42,079 nt of DNA from Candidatus Taylorbacteria bacterium RIFCSPLOWO2_02_FULL_44_35 (GCA_001822695.1 MHSF01000023.1:1257-43335), one strand, 5' to 3'. Counted from the first letter of the stretch, positions 18,248 to 23,181 are shown. Notes: generated by a model not told the origin, from the letters alone. Program-made: numbers and translations.

Positions 18248-18277
18248 TCTATAAAGGTTACCCCCCCCCAACGCTTT
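18248..18277. promoter_or_regulatory. 30-bp RT/avd divergent spacer containing a C9 homopolymer (18261-18269)
   Basis: tctataaaggttaCCCCCCCCCaacgcttt lies between the RT ATG and the avd TTG. The paralogous spacer at 20629-20657 carries C8. Confidence 0.4.
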
Positions 18278-18661
18278 TTGCCAGTGGTGGAGAAACTTAA
18301 ACAAGGATATTTTCTTTGGCACCAGTGCCTTGAACTTTTGCCAAAGACCCAGAAATATTCCATTGGTAATCGTATAGATAAACTTTTGATTGAAAGTATT
18401 GAAGCCGCGGTAACTGCCACCTTTTTGCCAAAAGAGGAAAAACTGCCGTGGCTGCGATTAGCTATAAGAAAATTGGATACAGCAAAAGTTCTCCTTATGA
18501 TTGTGTGGGAAACAAAATCTTTGGATGATAAAAAAATCGTCGGGCTTTCAGAAATTTTAAATGATGCCGGTAAAATGCTCGGCGGTTGGAATGGCCAACT
18601 ACAAAAATACTTAAGAGAAAACTCCCCCAGAATTGCCCGAGGGCAAACGGGGGAGAAATGA
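18278..18661 (+). CDS. avd: Avd-like accessory variability determinant (four-helix-bundle protein), copy 1, TTG start
   Basis: LPKTQKYSIGNRID...KLDTAKVLL..WETKSLDDKK...LGGW. The same pattern appears in copy 2 at roughly half identical residues by eye. Only the 3' 384 nt of ORF 17786-18661 is used. Confidence 0.85.
   Translation: MPVVEKLKQGYFLWHQCLELLPKTQKYSIGNRIDKLLIESIEAAVTATFLPKEEKLPWLRLAIRKLDTAKVLLMIVWETKSLDDKKIVGLSEILNDAGKMLGGWNGQLQKYLRENSPRIARGQTGEK
18622..18655 (-). terminator. hairpin plus U-run immediately 3' of TR1, embedded in the avd1 3' end
   Basis: CTCCCCC...GGGGGAG outer stem with inner TTGCCC/GGGCAA. The minus-strand reading is followed by a T-run. The structure, but not the sequence, is conserved in cassette 2. 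Confidence 0.5.
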
Positions 18662-18667
18662 AGAGAG

Positions 18668-18793
18668 TTGCGACACGGCAAACGCAAACCCATTCTCATG
18701 ATTCCACTTGTTGTCGGGGTTGTCGTAGTAAGCGTTAAGCCACTGACCATTGTCGTTACGATTCGCGCTGAGCAGATTCGGGTCGCCGTCAGA
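18668..18793 (-). repeat. DGR template repeat TR1
   Basis: 126 nt. Asn-codon-rich (AAT/AAC) in the minus-strand sense. Aligns to 19122-19250 with 13 mismatches at TR adenines. Confidence 0.85.
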
Positions 18794-18857
18794 AATGTGC
18801 AGAATGCCTCCCATTTCACCACCCCTTGAATACTCTCGGGGTTGTATCGCATTCGGC

Positions 18858-18885
18858 ATCACAATGCCTTAGTATCTTGCACCAA
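18858..18885 (-). promoter_or_regulatory. candidate TR1 promoter (TTGGTG-16 nt-TGTGAT)
   Basis: Both hexamers and the spacing are conserved with cassette 2 (TTGGTG-16-TATGAT at 21225-21252). Confidence 0.35.
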
Positions 18886-19021
18886 GTATCTTCATTTTTT
18901 TTATTTTACGCGTGTCACTCCGTTTGAATTCTTAAACACAAACGCTCTCAACGCGCGGATACTGGATTCGGCGGAAAGAAACCATAGTCCCTTTCGGATT
19001 GGCCTACTACCGTGGCTTAGT

Positions 19022-19058
19022 ATACAAAAACTCTCGCCTGCTTGACACGGGCGAGAGT
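19022..19058 (-). terminator. intrinsic terminator of target gene 1
   Basis: ACTCTCGCC / GGCGAGAGT 9-bp stem followed by TTTTTG on the minus strand. Confidence 0.65.
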
Positions 19059-19121
19059 GTGAAAAAACTTAAGTCAAGGGACAGAGGGCTAGCGCAAAGG
19101 GTCCTAGGACTTAGCTCTAAC

Positions 19122-19250
19122 TTGCGACACGGCAAACGCAAACCCACTCCCATGATTCCACTAGTTGTCGGGGCGGAAGTCGTCGTCCGCGTCAAGCCAC
19201 TGACCAGTGCCGCCACGACTCGCGCTGAGCAGACGCGGGTCGCCGTCAGA
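19122..19250 (-). repeat. DGR variable repeat VR1
   Basis: Adenine-poor counterpart of TR1, lying at the 3' end of the 19104-19730 reading frame. Confidence 0.85.
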
Positions 19251-19730
19251 GTCGTGCACGGGTTCGTGCATGGCAACGATCCAGATCAGCCCCATGGCTG
19301 CGATCTCCTTGTCCGTGAACTTCTCACGGATGAGGCAGACCAGTTCGGCGTTCGGCTTCGAGAGCTTGCGCTTGTCGGCCTCGGCGCGAATCTTCTTCGT
19401 GATCCGATCGTTGTCCTCGAAGAGCATGCCCTTGAGAACGGCGACTTCAGTCGTCATGCCATTGGTCGGCTTGAAGTCCGGCGAACGGAGCACCTGCTTG
19501 GCGTAGTTTCTGACGCGGAAACAGTTGCCTTCCAGACGCTTGATCCAGTCTTCGCCGGTCGTGCCGTCGGAGGTGACACTGAAGTAGATGACACCGTCTT
19601 CCTCGAGCCACGAACGGGTCGGTTCCGAAACCGAGAGTTCATTGCGGAGAAAACGGTCAACCCCTTCCTCCCCGCCGAGTTTGTTCCAGACCGCTTCCAC
19701 GCGGCCGAGGGTAATATCGGGATATTTCAT
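19161..19730 (-). CDS. DGR target protein 1 (C-terminal VR), currently truncated by an in-frame TAG inside VR1
   Basis: Protein-like 189-aa ORF. The frame continues for 18 more codons to 19104 after the TAG at 19161-19163. Full length would be 208 aa, identical to target 2. Confidence 0.8.
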   Translation of the reverse strand: MKYPDITLGRVEAVWNKLGGEEGVDRFLRNELSVSEPTRSWLEEDGVIYFSVTSDGTTGEDWIKRLEGNCFRVRNYAKQVLRSPDFKPTNGMTTEVAVLKGMLFEDNDRITKKIRAEADKRKLSKPNAELVCLIREKFTDKEIAAMGLIWIVAMHEPVHDSDGDPRLLSASRGGTGQWLDADDDFRPDN

Positions 19731-19918
19731 AATATAATTGCCTTTCGTTCAACTGCTAGTTGTGGTTTATTCACCTCTTCCAGAAGTGAATGCTAGGCCG
19801 TTGTGGTCATAGCCAGAAATCCCCAGAAAAGGTGAGGGACTTTTGGCTATGACCGCGGCAAGATTTCAAGGTTCATTGAATTATGGATTATTCTAACAAA
19901 CACCGCCCCAAATTTCTG
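19731..19918 (-). promoter_or_regulatory. structured 5' leader of target gene 1
   Basis: 11-bp stem GGTCATAGCCA/TGGCTATGACC (19805-19815 / 19844-19854), plus the TGAACCTTGAAA box shared with the other target leaders. Confidence 0.4.
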
Positions 19919-20029
19919 CCCGAAATACTACCATAATTGCGCCATAAAAGTCAAGCAAAAATACGAAATATGGCTTTAAATAAAGGTATCTTGGCAAGGG
20001 GAAAATACATAAATAAAAAGGAAGCCGCG
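19916..20029. repeat. 114-bp duplicated promoter module (copy 1)
   Basis: Near-identical to 22238-22351. The first ~68 nt are identical by eye. Confidence 0.85.
19925..19954 (-). promoter_or_regulatory. target-gene promoter (TTGACT-18 nt-TAGTAT)
   Basis: Lies within a 114-bp module near-identical to 22238-22351. A third target-like gene has TTGACA-17-TAGCAT at the equivalent place. Confidence 0.6.
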
Positions 20030-20117
20030 GGCCGCCTGATACGAGGGCTCGCAGCGGACTTCTGCTTCTAACGGGGTCAATAACCAGGTGGGTAACTATC
20101 ATCTTGAAAATTCACTC

Positions 20118-20628
20118 CTAACCATGTTCAAAAATTCGCTTGCGTAAAATTCGTAATAAGATTCCGTGGTCAATACTGGCAAAGAATTTTCTGATGTCGT
20201 ATTTCAAAATCCAGCAGGTCTTGGTGTTGTTTTTGCTGACTTTCCAAACAAATCTACGAAAACGGTTGATGGTTTTGTGAGTTCCCTTTTCGTTTCGGCA
20301 GGAAAAAGAATCGGCAATAAATGTCTGGTCAAAGAATGGGTAAAGTTTTCGGTAAACAGCACGATGAAGTAAGCGGTTGCGAGCACTTGCTTTGTGTATG
20401 TTTCTTGGCTTCGGGTCAGAAATTCTGAAAGCTCGGTAACCTACCGTGGCGATAGGTTTTTGCTCGCAAATCATTATGAAGCGAAATGACATTATCCATC
20501 AGACGCAAACTAAATTCCTGCACATCCAGCTTTTTTCTTTTTCCTTTCACGAATTCTTGCCAAGCGCCGAGCAAATTTTCTGAAGAAATGATATCCTCGT
20601 AACTATGGTTGAATTGAATCCCATTCAT
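20118..20628 (-). pseudogene. DGR reverse transcriptase stub (N-terminal ~170 codons, frameshifted, no catalytic motifs)
   Basis: About 90% nt identity to 17747-18247. One extra C near 20440 splits it into ORFs 20118-20492 and 20416-20724. Homology stops at 20128, so the LTSQ and YADD motifs are absent. Confidence 0.9.
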
Positions 20629-20657
20629 TCTATAAAGGTTACCCCCCCCAACGCTTT

Positions 20658-21020
20658 TTGCCAGTGGTGGAAAAAACTTTATCGGCATACAAACTCTGGC
20701 AGGAAATATTGAAACTTTTTCCAAAAACGACGCGCTATTCTCTAGGTATAAAGATTGATGTTCTTTTCATTGAAATTTTTGAGTCAATTTCGACCGCGGC
20801 ATTTGCCGCCAAAACTGAAAAATCACCTTGGGTTCGGCGGGCAATAATAAAACTAGATACTTTAAAAGGTCTGCTACGGATAGCGTGGGAAATCAAATCA
20901 CTGGATAACAAGAAATATATCACCTTATCAGAACAACTTTCTGAAATCGGCCGCCAGCTTGGCGGTTGGCATAATCAGATTATAAAACAAAACTCTCCCG
21001 CAAAAGCGGGAGAGAAATGA
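20658..21020 (+). CDS. avd: Avd-like accessory variability determinant, copy 2, TTG start
   Basis: 120 aa. FPKTTRYSLGIKID...KLDTLKGLL..WEIKSLDNKK...LGGW. Confidence 0.85.
   Translation: MPVVEKTLSAYKLWQEILKLFPKTTRYSLGIKIDVLFIEIFESISTAAFAAKTEKSPWVRRAIIKLDTLKGLLRIAWEIKSLDNKKYITLSEQLSEIGRQLGGWHNQIIKQNSPAKAGEK
20993..21014 (-). terminator. hairpin plus U-run immediately 3' of TR2, embedded in the avd2 3' end
   Basis: CTCTCCCGC aaaa GCGGGAGAG, a perfect 9-bp stem. The minus-strand reading is followed by TTTTGTTTTAT. Confidence 0.55.
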
Positions 21021-21024
21021 GGAT

Positions 21025-21158
21025 ACTGGCGGGCAGACCGCCGAAGGGTTGTAGTCGTTCCAATCGTTGTCAAGCCAGTTGTAATTCCAGTGCCACTTGC
21101 CATCATTCCAGTACAGATACAACACATAACGGTTACCGTTCGGATTACGAAGAATCGT
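21025..21158 (-). repeat. DGR template repeat TR2
   Basis: 134 nt, rich in AAC/AAT/TAT codons. Aligns without gaps to 21484-21617 (offset 459). Confidence 0.9.
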
Positions 21159-21224
21159 ATAAAGTGTCTTCTGTTCCACCACCCCTCGAAGCTTTCGCGA
21201 TCTTGGGATTGAATCGTATTCGGC

Positions 21225-21252
21225 ATCATAATGCCCTAACACTTTACACCAA
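21225..21252 (-). promoter_or_regulatory. candidate TR2 promoter (TTGGTG-16 nt-TATGAT)
   Basis: Conserved with 18858-18885. Confidence 0.35.
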
Positions 21253-21395
21253 GTAACTTCATTTTTTGAAGTGTCTTCATACACCACTCTATCCAAAACC
21301 TTAGTTGTGGATACTCACGATGTATGGATACTGGATTCGGTAGCGGAAAACCGTAATCTCCCGCGTATTCACCTACTGCCGCAGATAATTTTAGC

Positions 21396-21427
21396 ATAAA
21401 AAAGACCCCGCGTTCGAAAACACGGGG
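21396..21427 (-). terminator. intrinsic terminator of target gene 2
   Basis: CCCCGUG/CGCGGGG stem (one G-U pair) followed by UCUUUUUUAUG on the minus strand. Confidence 0.65.
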
Positions 21428-21467
21428 CCGAGAACTAAATTCAAAGGATTCAAAAGACCTAAACGAC

Positions 21468-22094
21468 CTAGTTCTGAGGACTAACTTGCGGGCAGACCGC
21501 CGAAGGGTAGTAGTCGTACCAAGCGCGGTCAAGCCAGCGGTAATACCAGTGCCACTCGCCACCAGACCAGTCCAGAGACAACACAGAACGGTTACCGTAC
21601 GGACTACGAAGAATTGTGCCGTCAAAGAAAATATAGGTCGTATTGTCATTCGTCTTTTTCTTCCAACTTTCTGGAATAAGAGTTTTATCATTCCAGAGAG
21701 TCTCGAAAACCTTGGCGTTCAGACAAATGTGGCCCGCTTTCTTGAGACGCTTCAGCTTCTCCTCCCCGTTGATACTGATCTCATCTTTTTTGAGCATCGT
21801 CTCAAGACGAATTTTGCTGAAATCCACCTCTGTGAGAGCGAGCGACCGCTTGTCTTCCTCGTCTATGGTCCAACCACTACCGATAAACTCGGCGGGGTTG
21901 AAAGGGGTGGTGCGGTCGACGATGACCAGAATTCCAGCTTTCTGACTAAAGTGTTTGACCAAGTCGGACCAGAGGGGGTGGTCGGATGACTCGATGATAG
22001 ACTGAATTTCCTCCCCGTCTGCCTTCATTGCGCCAAGCTTTTCAGCGACAAGTTTCCCCATCTCAAACTGCTGACCGATTGTAATTATGTTCAT
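21468..22094 (-). CDS. DGR target protein 2 (C-terminal VR)
   Basis: 208 aa from the ATG at 22094 (MNIITIG). VR2 ends 13 nt before the stop codon. The N-terminal SSDHPLWSDLVKHFSQK motif is shared with the 28547-29189 paralogue. Confidence 0.85.
   Translation of the reverse strand: MNIITIGQQFEMGKLVAEKLGAMKADGEEIQSIIESSDHPLWSDLVKHFSQKAGILVIVDRTTPFNPAEFIGSGWTIDEEDKRSLALTEVDFSKIRLETMLKKDEISINGEEKLKRLKKAGHICLNAKVFETLWNDKTLIPESWKKKTNDNTTYIFFDGTILRSPYGNRSVLSLDWSGGEWHWYYRWLDRAWYDYYPSAVCPQVSPQN
21484..21617 (-). repeat. DGR variable repeat VR2
   Basis: 16 of 17 internal mismatches to TR2 are at TR adenines (hand alignment). Confidence 0.9.
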
Positions 22095-22240
22095 TCGTTG
22101 AAACCGCAATAACGGCGGACCGTGTCATCTCGTAGCGAGAGCTTATCGGCTGATCGTTAGTTGCGGAAAACAAACCATTTCATCAAAAAAACGGGTTGTA
22201 TTCCGCAACCAATTAAGCACTTTCAAAGTTCATTTAACTG
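22095..22240 (-). promoter_or_regulatory. structured 5' leader of target gene 2
   Basis: GTTGCGGAA...TTCCGCAAC hairpin (22160-22209), a conserved TCAGCCGATAAG box, and a third TTGCGG segment (22104-22109) next to the start codon. The same layout is seen at 29190-29337. Confidence 0.45.
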
Positions 22241-22351
22241 CCCGAAATACTACCATAATTGCGCCATAAAAGTCAAGCAAAAATACGAAATATGGCTTTA
22301 AATAAGGATATTTAGCAATAGAGAAATGCGTAAATAAAAGAGGAAGCCGCG
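22238..22351. repeat. 114-bp duplicated promoter module (copy 2)
   Basis: See 19916-20029. Confidence 0.85.
22247..22276 (-). promoter_or_regulatory. target-gene promoter (TTGACT-18 nt-TAGTAT), copy 2
   Basis: Identical to 19925-19954. Confidence 0.6.
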
Positions 22352-22557
22352 TTCTCATTCCTTAAATCCCGAAGGAAGTGGAAGAGAATCGCGGCTTTGT
22401 CGCCCCAGGGCGTTCCCCGATAAGAATCGGGGTATAAGGAGAGTTTTACCTCTCCTGCGCTGGTGGGACCAGCACTACCTGGTCTGAGCCAGGCGTCTAC
22501 CAGTCCCCCTTTGCCTTATGTTTGTCATGGGGGAACAGTTTTAAATCCTACGCCGGT
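22352..22557. other. hairpin-dense, GC-enriched non-coding segment downstream of tmk
   Basis: At least six consecutive local stems: AAGCCGCG..CGCGGCTT, CCCCGAT/ATCGGGG, AGGAGAG/CTCTCCT, GCTGGT/ACCAGC, CCTGG/CCAGG and CCCCC/GGGGG. Confidence 0.3.
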
Positions 22558-23181
22558 CTAATTTCTTGTCAAATCGGAAATTATTTTCAGGAAGTCATTC
22601 CTAACTTTGTCAATATTTTGATTGGCGTCAATTATTTTATGCGGCACATTTTTGGAAAACTCAAGAAAACCAGAGTGAACCCGTTTGTGAAAAGCCAGTT
22701 TGCGCTCGTCAAAATGGGTTTTCTTTACTCTCCGCAAAGCAACGCGCGCCAAGCCGATTTCTGGTTTGACATCAAAGAAAATGTAAAAATCCGGAGCTGC
22801 CTCTCGCAAATAAATTTCCCGCGTTTGCCAAAACAAATCCTTTAAATTCCGCGCGCCTTGGGCGCAAATTTGGTAAGCGTAAGTAGAAGAATCAAAACGA
22901 TCACAAATAACATTTTTGCCTCTTGCCAAAGCCGGTAAAATTTTATGCTGCAAATGGTCAGCCCGGGCCGCCCACATAAGACCGAATTGCGTTTCCGCTC
23001 CGGATTCTTTCGCCTCTTTTGACAAAACCAGCGTCCGAATTTTGTCGGCAAATTCCGTCCCGCCTGGTTCGTAGGTAAGCAAAAACTTTTTTCCAAACGA
23101 CGTTTCAGCAAACCATTTCAAAATCGCGGTCTTCCCGCTCCCCTCACCGCCGTCAACAACTATAAATTTTCCCCGTTTCAT
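22558..23181 (-). CDS. tmk: dTMP (thymidylate) kinase
   Basis: [15 protein letters not shown]-loop, about 207 aa, DRF/ YAYQ-type motifs. Confidence 0.9.
   Translation of the reverse strand: MKRGKFIVVDGGEGSGKTAILKWFAETSFGKKFLLTYEPGGTEFADKIRTLVLSKEAKESGAETQFGLMWAARADHLQHKILPALARGKNVICDRFDSSTYAYQICAQGARNLKDLFWQTREIYLREAAPDFYIFFDVKPEIGLARVALRRVKKTHFDERKLAFHKRVHSGFLEFSKNVPHKIIDANQNIDKVRNDFLKIISDLTRN

Larger units (their letters stand above)
18612..18851 (-). ncRNA. predicted TR1 RNA transcription unit (candidate promoter to hairpin plus U-run)
   Basis: Candidate promoter TTGGTG-16-TGTGAT (18858-18885), TR1 (18668-18793), then hairpin 18622-18655 followed by TTTTCTCTT on the minus strand. Confidence 0.4.
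20982..21218 (-). ncRNA. predicted TR2 RNA transcription unit
   Basis: Candidate promoter 21225-21252, TR2 21025-21158, then hairpin 20993-21014 followed by TTTTGTTTT. Confidence 0.4.
17234..22351 (-). mobile_element. diversity-generating retroelement locus made of two tandem cassettes
   Basis: Contains a DGR-type RT, an RT stub, two Avd-like genes, two TR/VR pairs with adenine-specific mismatches, and duplicated promoter modules. See the individual features. Confidence 0.9.

Noticed and set aside
17786-18661. 291-aa plus-strand ORF spanning the RT region and avd
   Set aside because: Only the last 384 nt (from the TTG at 18278) look like an Avd protein and match copy 2. The upstream part is antisense to the well-supported RT gene and has no protein-like features.
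18244-18852. 202-aa minus-strand ORF antisense to avd1
   Set aside because: The sequence is not protein-like and it fully overlaps the better-supported avd. It probably only reflects a lack of stop codons.
18611-18862. 83-aa ORF covering TR1 (and ORFs 20928-21296 / 20975-21229 covering TR2)
   Set aside because: They run through the template repeats and into the antisense of the avd 3' ends. The conserved flanking nucleotides fall in different frames in the two cassettes. They were treated as non-coding TR RNA regions.
19030-19058. Hairpin after VR1 as the DGR target-recognition cruciform
   Set aside because: It lies ~60 nt beyond the VR end and has a U-run, so an ordinary intrinsic terminator is the simpler reading. 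A dual role cannot be excluded.
18999-19796. 265-aa plus-strand ORF, plus ORFs 19007-19276, 19207-19506 and 19454-19660
   Set aside because: These are antisense or out-of-frame readings of the GC-rich target-1 gene. The translations are Arg/Val/Gly/Leu-rich low-complexity sequence. The minus-strand 19161-19730 product is protein-like and carries VR1.
22341-22400. SRP (4.5S) RNA-like apical hairpin (UCC-CGAA-GGAAGU)
   Set aside because: The resemblance is limited to the GGAAG 3' side. The conserved 5' AGG/GUC symmetric-loop residues and the GNAR tetraloop are missing.
22420-22505. tRNA-like cloverleaf (three hairpins closed by GGGG/CCCC)
   Set aside because: Loop sizes (6, 3, 6) and stem lengths are non-canonical. 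There is no T-loop GTTCRA or D-loop signature. The closing CCCC is better explained by the local hairpin CCCCGAT/ATCGGGG.
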